A stretch of DNA of 64,000 nt from positions 1 through 64,000 of the forward strand of contig CAMRSV010000001.1 in assembly GCA_947053455.1 (NCBI GenBank), given 5' to 3'. The DNA is from an uncultured Alphaproteobacteria bacterium (GTDB lineage: Bacteria; Pseudomonadota; Alphaproteobacteria; Rs-D84). This document shows, one piece after another, positions 40,586 through 49,241 of this stretch. The translations under genes and the position numbers were made by a program. Position 1 is the stretch's first letter. Each line of letters begins with the position of its first letter. The notes under the pieces were generated by a model. It worked only from the letters and a program-made list of their open reading frames with translations. It made no database searches and was not told the origin of the DNA.

Positions 40586-41686
40586 TTATTTCACCATATT
40601 TTCTATTATATCCGCAGTCCGCTGCATGTCATCAATTGTATTCCAAAATCCCGGCGATATGCGAATACTGCCCTCAACCCCCAAGGCACGGTGAATCCAT
40701 GTTGCACACATGTTCCCAACACGCAAACATACCCCGTGTGCACCGGCCAACACCCCGAAATCCAAAACATGCATACCGTCAACAACAAAAGATATTAATG
40801 CCGCATCCGGCCGTGTCAGTATTTTCACACGCGGCATTTTTGCCAGCCTGTCATACATATATTTGACAAGATTTGAATCAGCCGGATGGGATTTTATGTT
40901 ATCAATTGCAAACGGCATCCCAACAATCTGGGTAAGCGGCAACGTCCCTGCCTCAAACTTTTCGGGCGGTGCGCTAAAAATAATCTCGTCATCCATAACA
41001 CGCGAAACCATTCCGCCACCGAACTTGTCCGGCAAATATTTTTCCGGATTTTTTATATACATAACGCCGATTCCTGTATCCGCACCAATTTTGTGACCGG
41101 AAAAACACATAAAGTCGCAATCCCACGCGCATACATCAACTGATGCGTGCGCCGCATATTGCGCCGCATCAACAATTGTAATAACATTTGGATTTTTTTT
41201 GCGTGCCGCGCGTACTATTTCCGCAACATCTTGCGTAACCCCAATAACATTTGACATTGCGGTTATAACCATAATATCGGCACGCGGAATTCTTGACACA
41301 TCAATATTATATTGCGAATCAAGTGACATAACAGTCAAATCCGCCACCCCTGCCAAATGCGCATCCATCCACGGCAGACGCGCCGAATGATGATCCAAAT
41401 CGGATACCGCAACCACAGGATGCGGTACATCTTTCAATATATTGCGCACCCGATTCAATCCATCGGTCGCACCGGATGTAAAAACAATCTGCTGTGGTTT
41501 TGCATTTATAAAGGCGCCCACCGCGGCACGGGCATTTGATACCATTTCATCCACCCACGCGGTACGGGAACAAACGCCACGGCCTGAATTGGCATATTTA
41601 TTGCGTAAAAAATCAGATTCTGCATCAATTACCGAGTCCGGTTTAAGACTACTAGCGGCAGCGTCTAAGTATATGATTTTATTCAT
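40586..41686 (-). CDS. sufS: Cysteine desulfurase (SufS-like, class V aminotransferase)
   Basis: YLDAAASSLKP, FTSGAT, DHHS, DAAQ, FSGHK, FEAGT, RVGNMCA; start moved to MNKIIYLD. Confidence 0.88.
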   Translation of the reverse strand: MNKIIYLDAAASSLKPDSVIDAESDFLRNKYANSGRGVCSRTAWVDEMVSNARAAVGAFINAKPQQIVFTSGATDGLNRVRNILKDVPHPVVAVSDLDHHSARLPWMDAHLAGVADLTVMSLDSQYNIDVSRIPRADIMVITAMSNVIGVTQDVAEIVRAARKKNPNVITIVDAAQYAAHASVDVCAWDCDFMCFSGHKIGADTGIGVMYIKNPEKYLPDKFGGGMVSRVMDDEIIFSAPPEKFEAGTLPLTQIVGMPFAIDNIKSHPADSNLVKYMYDRLAKMPRVKILTRPDAALISFVVDGMHVLDFGVLAGAHGVCLRVGNMCATWIHRALGVEGSIRISPGFWNTIDDMQRTADIIENMVK

Positions 41687-41762
41687 TTTATGTTTTCTCT
41701 TGCATTTTATGACGATTATAATACACTCTCGACGAATATCAACAACGTTTAAGGAGAAAAAG

Positions 41763-42083
41763 ATGGCTTTAGAACACGCAAATGACCAAAATTTTGCAGA
41801 TTTAGTAAAAAATGGGATAACCTTGGTGGATTTCTGGGCATCTTGGTGCGGACCGTGTCGCATGTTCGGCCCGATTTTCGAATCGGTTTCAGCTCAAATG
41901 CCTGATGTTAATTTCGTAAAATTTGAAATTGACGAAGGTAACCGCCGCACGCCGGCCAAATACGGAATCCGCAGCATCCCCAGCATTCTGGCATTCCGCA
42001 ACGGTGAACTGATTGAAGCGCGCACCGGCGTCATGGATCCGGAAACATTAACCGCATGGATATATGAATTAAAAGGAGCCTAA
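41763..42083 (+). CDS. trxA: Thioredoxin
   Basis: VDFWASWCGPC, YGIRSIP; AAGGAG RBS before ATG 41763. Confidence 0.95.
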   Translation: MALEHANDQNFADLVKNGITLVDFWASWCGPCRMFGPIFESVSAQMPDVNFVKFEIDEGNRRTPAKYGIRSIPSILAFRNGELIEARTGVMDPETLTAWIYELKGA

Positions 42084-42086
42084 CAA

Positions 42087-42518
42087 ATGGCTGCACAAAA
42101 TTATAAGACTATGGAATTACCGCCAAAGTATTCGCCTAAAAAATCGGAACCCTATATGTGTCCTATGCATTTGGCATATTTTTACCAGGTTCTAAATTCG
42201 CAGAAAGATGAACTGATGCAGGAACGCGCATCTGTTTTAAGCGATGTACGCATGGCAGAAAAAACAGAAACCGCGGGCGTTGGCGACGAAGTTGACAATG
42301 TCATGGTCGATCAGGAAATAAACATGAATCTGCGCATGTCGGAAAGAAACAATAAGCTGTTGGCGAAAATAAACGCTGCGCTGGAAAGACTTGAAAACGG
42401 AACATATGGCTACAGCGTTGTTTCCGGCGAAGAAATTGGCCTGCCCCGGTTAATGGCACGCCCATTGGCCACAATGACTGTCGAAGAACAAGAAGAATAC
42501 GAAAGTCGTAAAAGTTAA
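42087..42518 (+). CDS. dksA: DksA-like transcription factor without Zn-finger cysteines
   Basis: EPYM...L.YF, DEVD, R..KL..KI..AL.R...GTYGYSVVSGEEIG..RL.ARP. Confidence 0.88.
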   Translation: MAAQNYKTMELPPKYSPKKSEPYMCPMHLAYFYQVLNSQKDELMQERASVLSDVRMAEKTETAGVGDEVDNVMVDQEINMNLRMSERNNKLLAKINAALERLENGTYGYSVVSGEEIGLPRLMARPLATMTVEEQEEYESRKS

Positions 42519-42535
42519 TAAGCATTATAAAAAAC

Positions 42536-42559
42536 AAACCCGCCAAATGGCGGGTTTTT
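42536..42559 (+). terminator. Intrinsic terminator after dksA
   Basis: AAACCCGCC-aaat-GGCGGGTTTTT. Confidence 0.85.
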
Positions 42560-42605
42560 ATTAATTTTCCTTTACCATAAATCAAGTTTATGTAAAAATA
42601 TGCAT

Positions 42606-42825
42606 ATCACAGAGAATTTCTGTGATGGGGCGTCGAAACCCCTTATAGAGGGTCCGAATAAATTCGGACATTAATGGCACAAGGAAATAATTAATTATTT
42701 TCATAGTTGTGCCGCCTTCCAACCACAAAAGGTTGGAGGATGGCTGAATATATTGAATAGGCCTGCAATTCTCTATAATTGTTTCGAACCTCCAACCACT
42801 TGAACTTTTCCAGTGGTTTTTATTT
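42606..42825 (+). ncRNA. C4/CI-antisense-RNA-like structured leader, copy 2
   Basis: ATCACAGA/TCTGTGAT hairpin; GGGG-loop-CCCC carrying TCGAAAC then TTATAGAG; unit closed by GGTTGGAGG(42731-39)/CCTCCAACC(42789-97) with CTCTATAA in a loop and GTTTCGA in a bulge; AACCACT/AGTGGTT hairpin plus T-run. Confidence 0.7.
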
Positions 42826-42851
42826 ATTAAAAGATTCAATGGAGTATAGAA

Positions 42852-43454
42852 ATGAGAAAATATCTTATAACTATTTTTGTTTTGTCTTTATCTTTGCCCG
42901 CCCGCGGCAACTTGGTAAGTGGCTCATATAAAGAAGGTGATTGGTGCTATAGTGATTGCACCTATCAAGGATGCCCGTCCGTCCGCAGATTTTCGTGCGG
43001 CGGATATTGCAACATGTATGAAATGCCCGATTGGCCAATCTGCAATAGTTATAACGAAGATGAATCCTGCGTAATTTGGAAAAGCAGCACAGAAATGTAT
43101 TATTGCAGCCTAGGTGGGGAACATGCCTGCTACGAAATTATTGGTTATGGCAGTAGCAAATATGAGACTTATAACACGACAAACCATAGTGTAAAATACT
43201 CTGAAATTCAGTTCGAACCAGATGACAACTATTATGACAATTGCTCCATAGAAGACATTATCGAAGTTTCTTATGGATGCGCGGCCGGATATTATGTTTC
43301 AAGCGGATATGGTTCTAATATTTATTGTTCGACATGTCCCAACGGCGGTACAAGTTATATCGGAAATATTTCTCAATCTAATTGTTATTTACCCGCGGGA
43401 AATTTTAGCGATGCAACCGGCACCGGACAATATACATCAAACTGCTACTGGTAA
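42852..43454 (+). CDS. Secreted Cys-rich protein, paralog of 17599-18243
   Basis: GGAG RBS, signal peptide MRKYLITIFVLSLSLPARG; C-terminal CAAGYY...CSTCP.GGTS...SNCYL...FSDATGTG...CYW. Confidence 0.87.
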   Translation: MRKYLITIFVLSLSLPARGNLVSGSYKEGDWCYSDCTYQGCPSVRRFSCGGYCNMYEMPDWPICNSYNEDESCVIWKSSTEMYYCSLGGEHACYEIIGYGSSKYETYNTTNHSVKYSEIQFEPDDNYYDNCSIEDIIEVSYGCAAGYYVSSGYGSNIYCSTCPNGGTSYIGNISQSNCYLPAGNFSDATGTGQYTSNCYW

Positions 43455-43519
43455 AAGACCGGATATAAAAACGCAAAATAAAACGGGACAATAATACCGC
43501 CCCGTTTTATTGTAATAGA

Positions 43520-43822
43520 CTATTTGCTTTTTGATGGTTTCTTCACTGTCTTTTTTGAGGAAGACACCGTTTTTTTATTGTTCGCTTTGGGTAAAGTTTT
43601 GGTTACCGGCTTTTTCACCGCGGCTTTTGCTTTTGATGCAGGCTTTTTCGCAGAATCCATCGCAGGCGCATGTTCACTCTTTTGTTTTGTAATTTCCTTT
43701 TTAAAAATATTCAATCCATCCGCCAGATTTTTCATCATGCCGGGAATCTTGCCGGACCCGAACAAAACTATAACTAAAACCACTATGATCAGTATTTCAG
43801 CCCAACCAAATCTTCCAAACAT
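43520..43822 (-). CDS. tatA: Twin-arginine translocase TatA
   Basis: G..EILII..LV.VLFG.GKIP..M..LA.G...FKK. Confidence 0.92.
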   Translation of the reverse strand: MFGRFGWAEILIIVVLVIVLFGSGKIPGMMKNLADGLNIFKKEITKQKSEHAPAMDSAKKPASKAKAAVKKPVTKTLPKANNKKTVSSSKKTVKKPSKSK

Positions 43823-43837
43823 ATTTATCCCCTTTTA

Positions 43838-44614
43838 TTATTTTGCAACATAACAGTCCAAACCGTCGGATTTCGCATTTCTGCAAAAACCGTTGGCATC
43901 ATTGGCATTTGAAAACGCAATACGCAGTCTGTATGTCGTCGTTCCATTCGGCAATTGCGCGGCTAAAATTATGAACTGCTTTCCTGTAAAAAGACTACTG
44001 TGGGCCCCCAGAATTTGCTTTTCAGCGCGTTCGGCCAATGCACGTGTGCTATATGAACCAAATTGAACATACCATGCACCCTTTGGCGCTGCCTGCGGTT
44101 TCGGCGCAGCTTTTTTGGCCGTCTGTTTTGCCGCCGGCTTTTTTACCGCAGCGGGCTGTTTTGATTGAACTTGCTTTGGCGCATCCGCCTTATCCGGGTT
44201 AAATGTGACGGGCTTTCTATCCTCTACCACGCGGACGGGAACCCCCGGCGTATCTGTTGTGGTGACCACTGGCGCAGCCGGCGCCACAGGTGGCGTCACC
44301 GGTGCAGGCTGTACAACGGGTTTTGGTGCATCCGGTTTTTGTGGTTCCACAACGGGTTTTACATCCGGCATCCCACTCGCCCCATCAATCACAACGACGG
44401 GTGCATCCAAATCAACATCTATTGAAGAAGATGAATCATTACCAATTGTACGAACAATAATATATGTCGCCAGTATGATAACTACTACCCCTAACCCCAG
44501 CAACAACCACGGCTTTTTCGGGCGCGGCGCGACAAACGGTGTTGCATCTGGCAATGCATCCATGGACACATCATCGTCCAGGTCTAATAAATCCAAATTT
44601 TTATCGTCATTCAT
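43838..44614 (-). CDS. Membrane-anchored SPOR-domain protein (FtsN-like architecture)
   Basis: One TM, Pro/Ala/Lys linker, WYVQFGSYST...YRLRI.F....A..FC.......DC. Confidence 0.88.
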   Translation of the reverse strand: MNDDKNLDLLDLDDDVSMDALPDATPFVAPRPKKPWLLLGLGVVVIILATYIIVRTIGNDSSSSIDVDLDAPVVVIDGASGMPDVKPVVEPQKPDAPKPVVQPAPVTPPVAPAAPVVTTTDTPGVPVRVVEDRKPVTFNPDKADAPKQVQSKQPAAVKKPAAKQTAKKAAPKPQAAPKGAWYVQFGSYSTRALAERAEKQILGAHSSLFTGKQFIILAAQLPNGTTTYRLRIAFSNANDANGFCRNAKSDGLDCYVAK

Positions 44615-44726
44615 AATGATTCCCCCATTACTCTTTGACTGTATTATATCATAAAAATATTCCCATAACAAAGAATATCTGGCAAAAAACAGTCTGTTTT
44701 AGCGGAAAATTTTCTTAAAATGCGCA

Positions 44727-44870
44727 TTATTTCGGCATTTGACCAAAGTTTGGCGGAACAATCAACTTGTGATTTTCGCTGACAATGGGTTCAACCTCGC
44801 AACTGGACATGCATGCCGACAGCGCCAAAGGTAACACGGCAACACACAATAAAAACAATATTTTTTTCAT
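44727..44870 (-). CDS. 47-aa lipoprotein absent from the ORF track
   Basis: MKKILFLLCVAVLPLALSACMSSCEVEPIVSENHKLIVPPNFGQMPK*, lipobox LSAC, AAGGA RBS. Confidence 0.75.
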   Translation of the reverse strand: MKKILFLLCVAVLPLALSACMSSCEVEPIVSENHKLIVPPNFGQMPK

Positions 44871-44931
44871 TTTTATCCTTCCTTTTATTCACTTAAATAT
44901 ATGCGGCGTGCATGATGCACGCCGCATTAAT

Positions 44932-46665
44932 TTAGCACGGCATTTTCACTGCATCACGCATTTTATTTACAAATGCGTCCAGTGACATTGTTTCCTGCTT
45001 TTCTACCCCAAGGGTACGCAGTGTTACATTTTTATCGGCCTGCTCTTTCTCGCCTACGACGGCGATAATCGGGGTTTTGGCCATTGACAGTTCACGAATT
45101 TTATAGTTTACCTTTTCATCGCGTAAATCGGCGTGCGCATTAACACCGGCATCACGCAGCGCGGTTACAACTTCATTCGCATATTCTTTGAACTTTTCTG
45201 AAATGGGGGTTACCACCACCGGTTCCGGCGACAACCACAGCGGCAAATTCCCACCCGTTGATTCCAGCAAAATACCCATAAATCGTTCAATGGAACCAAG
45301 CATTGCACGATGCAACATAATCGGACGATGTTTTTCCCCGTCTTCGCCGATATAGGACAAATCAAACCGTTCCGGCAGATTCATATCCAGCTGAACTGTC
45401 CCGCACTGCCACGTGCGTCCCATGGAATCCTTTAGATAATTGTCAATTTTCGGGCCATAAAACGCTGCATCGCCTTCTGCAATCTCGTATTCAATGCCGT
45501 TCGCATCCAACGCATGACGCAACGCGCCCTCCGCCTTGTCCCAGATTTCGTCCGATCCAATACGGAATTCCGATTCTTTTCGCGTCGCCAATTTCATTGA
45601 AATTTTTTCAAATCCGAACTTGCTGTAAATATCCTTAATAAAGCGCAGGATTTTTACAACCTCGGTCTCAAGCTGTTCTTCTGTGCAAAAGATGTGTGCG
45701 TCGTCCTGGGTAAATTCGCGTACACGCATCAGGCCAGACAGGCCGCCGGCCGCCTCATATCTGTTAACCTTGCCAAATTCCGCCAAATACATCGGCAGGT
45801 CTTTATAAGACTTTATTCCCTGACCAAATACCAGCATTCCACCCGGACATGACATCGGTTTTACACAGAAAGTCTTGCCATCCTGTGTTTTACCGGAATA
45901 ATTATGTTCGCCATATTTTGCCCAGTGGCCACTGCGTTCCCACAGGCACCTATCCATAACCGCCGGGGTTGAAATTTCAAGGTAGCCCGCCCGTTCTTGA
46001 CGTGCACGAACATATTCAATCAAGCGCCGATAAATTCTATATCCCTTGTCATGCCAGAATACCGCACCCGGCGCGTATTCCGGTTCAAAATGGAACAAGT
46101 CCATATCACGCCCAAGCTTTCGGTTGTCGCGCGCGGCGGCCTCTTCTTGCATTTTAAGGAACGCGTCCAATTCCTCGCGCGTTGCAAATGCATCGACATA
46201 AATGCGCTGCAACATTTTATTTTTTGCATCACCCTTCCAGTATGCGCCGGCAACCGAACGGATTTTAAACCCGTCGCGTGGCAAATCCTTGGAACTTTCC
46301 ACATGCGGGCCACGGCACAAATCCGTAAAATCGCGGAACGAATAAATCGAGAGTTGTTCACCCGCCGCATCATATTCACGCAACCATTCGGTTTTATACG
46401 GCTGCGCGGCAAAAATTTCCATTGCTTCGTCGCGCGAAACAAATCGCTGTTCAAACCGGCCATTTGATTTTATCAACGCGCGCATTTCCTTTTCAATTTT
46501 TTCAAAATCTTCGTTGGTAAATCTGTGTTCGGTATCAAAATCGTAATAAAAACCGTTTTCAATCGCAGGACCGCCACCAAATTTTACATCCGGATATAAG
46601 TTCTGAACCGCCGCCGCCAAAACATGCGCCAACGAATGTCTTATTGTTTCAAGTTCATATGACAT
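44932..46665 (-). CDS. thrS: Threonyl-tRNA synthetase (no N-terminal TGS domain)
   Basis: RHSLAH, GFYYDF, DLCRGPH, RD.RKLG, KPMSCP, GLMRVREFTQDDAH, AFYGPK, HRAMLGSIERF. Confidence 0.97.
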   Translation of the reverse strand: MSYELETIRHSLAHVLAAAVQNLYPDVKFGGGPAIENGFYYDFDTEHRFTNEDFEKIEKEMRALIKSNGRFEQRFVSRDEAMEIFAAQPYKTEWLREYDAAGEQLSIYSFRDFTDLCRGPHVESSKDLPRDGFKIRSVAGAYWKGDAKNKMLQRIYVDAFATREELDAFLKMQEEAAARDNRKLGRDMDLFHFEPEYAPGAVFWHDKGYRIYRRLIEYVRARQERAGYLEISTPAVMDRCLWERSGHWAKYGEHNYSGKTQDGKTFCVKPMSCPGGMLVFGQGIKSYKDLPMYLAEFGKVNRYEAAGGLSGLMRVREFTQDDAHIFCTEEQLETEVVKILRFIKDIYSKFGFEKISMKLATRKESEFRIGSDEIWDKAEGALRHALDANGIEYEIAEGDAAFYGPKIDNYLKDSMGRTWQCGTVQLDMNLPERFDLSYIGEDGEKHRPIMLHRAMLGSIERFMGILLESTGGNLPLWLSPEPVVVTPISEKFKEYANEVVTALRDAGVNAHADLRDEKVNYKIRELSMAKTPIIAVVGEKEQADKNVTLRTLGVEKQETMSLDAFVNKMRDAVKMPC

Positions 46666-46745
46666 GATAAAAATCCTTAATATTCTTTAGTTATTTATTG
46701 TTTAACTTAAATTATACATAGCGCGCGGAAAACCGCAAATAGAAA

Positions 46746-46808
46746 TTACACCCCCAAAGGGGTTGTAGTTGTTGTAAAAGCAATAAACATAAGAACACAA
46801 TCTTTCAT
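46746..46808 (-). CDS. Putative Thr-rich leader peptide of thrS
   Basis: MKDCVLMFIAFTTTTTPLGV*; five consecutive Thr codons; stop lies 80 nt upstream of thrS. Confidence 0.7.
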   Translation of the reverse strand: MKDCVLMFIAFTTTTTPLGV

Positions 46809-46815
46809 GACAAAT

Positions 46816-46844
46816 ATTATGTCTTGAATATGGTACAAAGTCAA
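46816..46844 (-). promoter_or_regulatory. sigma70-type promoter for the thrS leader
   Basis: TTGACT(46844-46839)-17-CATAAT(46821-46816), just after the terminator at 46846-46873. Confidence 0.7.
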
Positions 46845-46873
46845 TAAAAAACGCCCCGTTTGGGGCGTTTTTA

Positions 46874-47620
46874 TCAGAAATCAATTATGCATCCGAACAG
46901 TACCGCGAAAAAGAAACACACCGTGCCACCAATTACAAACAGATGCCATATTGCATGCGAATATTTCATGCGACGCCACAAATAAAATATCACCCCCAGC
47001 GAGTATGACAGGCCGCCCGCCAATATAAACCACATGCCGAGCGCCGGTATATGACGCAACATTGCCGGCAATATAAACAGCATTGTCCATCCCATAACCA
47101 GATACAGCAACACCATCCATTTCGGCTGCTGCTTTGGATTTCTGATTTTCATGACGGCGCCAAATATTACAATCGCCCAAAGTATTCCAAACACAGTCCA
47201 CCCAATCCCGCCACGCAGATTCACCAGGCAAAACGGAGTATATGTCCCGGCAATAAGCGCATATATTGCAACACTATCCCAAACTTCAAAAAAGCATTCA
47301 GATTTTTGTCCGATGGACGCATGACACATGGTCGAACCAAAATATAATGTAAACATTGTGACACCGAAAATTGCGGTCGACACAATCGCCCACGCATCCC
47401 CCTTTAGCGCCGCAAACACCACCAGCAGTGTCAATGCCGCAATTGCGATTCCAATTCCGATTCCGTGCGTCAATATGTTTAACGCCTCTTCGGCGCGAGT
47501 GCTGGGGCGTTCCCAACGAAACAGCCCGGTTGCCCGCAGCGCCCGCAATATGCACGACGCATGAGTATCACGCTTTACGGCCTTTAATTTTGTCTTAACT
47601 TGTTTTTTTGTTTTTGTCAT
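46874..47620 (-). CDS. Hemolysin III / PAQR family membrane protein
   Basis: EE..N.LTH, IY.LIAGTYTP, YLVMGW, GG..YS.G..FY, HAIWHLFV; start overlaps the gltX stop. Confidence 0.92.
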   Translation of the reverse strand: MTKTKKQVKTKLKAVKRDTHASCILRALRATGLFRWERPSTRAEEALNILTHGIGIGIAIAALTLLVVFAALKGDAWAIVSTAIFGVTMFTLYFGSTMCHASIGQKSECFFEVWDSVAIYALIAGTYTPFCLVNLRGGIGWTVFGILWAIVIFGAVMKIRNPKQQPKWMVLLYLVMGWTMLFILPAMLRHIPALGMWFILAGGLSYSLGVIFYLWRRMKYSHAIWHLFVIGGTVCFFFAVLFGCIIDF

Positions 47621-49194
47621 TTTAATATATCCCCTATTCTTTTTATTACGCGATTCTCCCCCAGAACATTTATTATTGAATACAAATCCGGCGTGTTCGT
47701 GCGTCCCGATAGCGCCACGCGCAGGCTCATTGCCACATCGCCGTTTTTGACGCCCAGTTTCTCGGCAATAGAAACAATTTTCGCCCACCATGCATCCTTG
47801 TCGTCAGACGCATTATACACCGCCAAAAATTCACGCAATGCGTCACGGTTATATTCAAATTCAGTATTTGGCACAAACAGTGCATCCCAGAAAAACGCAA
47901 CGTTTTCCAGCGTCTGGCGCCAAGTGATAAAATCCTTGCGCACGCGCTTTGGATTATCACGCTCAATCGAGAGCACATCGGTCAAATAATCCCTGTCTGC
48001 GACCTGCATTTTGTGTTTATCATCACCGTATTCGTTTGCCCAATTGGTGATACGCGAAACCAATTCCGACACCGGCAGCGCACCAATAAATTCCTTAGCC
48101 CACCATTCCAATTTTTTCATATCAAACAACGCGCCCGACATCGGAATCTTTTTCGGCCGCATTTCATATTCCCAAATGGATTTGACGGTCCCCTTGTTTT
48201 TCGCCTCTTCATATCCAGATGCTGCGATATTGAACAAATATTCCAGAACTGATTCTGTCGGCCACCCGTCGCGCAGGAAATATTCCACATTCGCTTCTGG
48301 ATCCTTGCGCTTGGAAAGTTTGCGTTGCTTACCGGTTTCCTCATCAATCTTGTCAATAGTTGATGTATGGATATACATTGGCGCCGGCCAATCCATCATG
48401 CGAAACAGTGCCACATGCAACGGCAATGACGGCAACCATTCTTCGCCACGGATAACATGCGTTGTGCGCATAAAATGGTCGTCCACCAAGTGTGCAAAAT
48501 GATATGTCGGCAATCCATCGTTTGATTTGATTAAAACCAAATCCTCGTTATTTTCGGGAAAACCGACGGAACCACGGACTGCATCCTTGCAGAATATACG
48601 GCGCGACGGGTCACCCATAGAATACAGGCGAATTGTCGGCACTTCACCTGCATCCAGGTGCGCTACAATTTCGTCTTCGGTTAAATTTCTATCGCGTGCA
48701 AATTCCCCGTAAATGCCGGTTGGGAAACCCGCCGCCTTTTGATCCGCACGGATTTTTTCCATATCTTCCGATGTCAAGAAACACGGATATGCCAACCCCC
48801 GGCGCAATAAATCCGCCGCGACCGAATGATATATGTCTTTGCGCTGCGACTGATAATATGGGCCATAGACATCATCATTATTATATTTCAAACCGAATCG
48901 CGCCATTGACGCAACGATAATTTTTACCGCGTCTGCAACCTCGCGCTTGGTATCGGTATCTTCAATACGCAGCATGAACACCCCGCCCGACTGTTGCGCC
49001 AATTTGCAATCAATCAAGGCACCATACAATCCACCCAGATGCATATAGCCTGTGGGACTTGGCGCAAAGCGCGTGACAAGCGCACCATCCGGCAAATCGC
49101 GCGGGGGAAATTTCTCTTCCAACTGCGCCAATGTATATCTTGGCGCCGTCCCCAGAATACGCGTAATAAGTTGTTCTGATAAACTCTGTCTCAT
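47617..49194 (-). CDS. gltX: Glutamyl-tRNA synthetase
   Basis: RFAPSPTGYMHLG, LRIEDTD, PTYHFA..VDD, HVIRGEEW, KLSKR. Confidence 0.96.
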   Translation of the reverse strand: MRQSLSEQLITRILGTAPRYTLAQLEEKFPPRDLPDGALVTRFAPSPTGYMHLGGLYGALIDCKLAQQSGGVFMLRIEDTDTKREVADAVKIIVASMARFGLKYNNDDVYGPYYQSQRKDIYHSVAADLLRRGLAYPCFLTSEDMEKIRADQKAAGFPTGIYGEFARDRNLTEDEIVAHLDAGEVPTIRLYSMGDPSRRIFCKDAVRGSVGFPENNEDLVLIKSNDGLPTYHFAHLVDDHFMRTTHVIRGEEWLPSLPLHVALFRMMDWPAPMYIHTSTIDKIDEETGKQRKLSKRKDPEANVEYFLRDGWPTESVLEYLFNIAASGYEEAKNKGTVKSIWEYEMRPKKIPMSGALFDMKKLEWWAKEFIGALPVSELVSRITNWANEYGDDKHKMQVADRDYLTDVLSIERDNPKRVRKDFITWRQTLENVAFFWDALFVPNTEFEYNRDALREFLAVYNASDDKDAWWAKIVSIAEKLGVKNGDVAMSLRVALSGRTNTPDLYSIINVLGENRVIKRIGDILK

Positions 49195-49241
49195 ATTTAT
49201 TTAACCTTGTTTTCTTAATCAATGAATTTTATACTAAAAAT

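Noticed and set aside
42588-42839. 83-aa minus-strand ORF, and the GRRNP Ash-like reading at 42625-42648
   Set aside because: The ORF is antisense to the structured leader; the GRRNP frame stops after 7 codons and is better explained by RNA-level conservation
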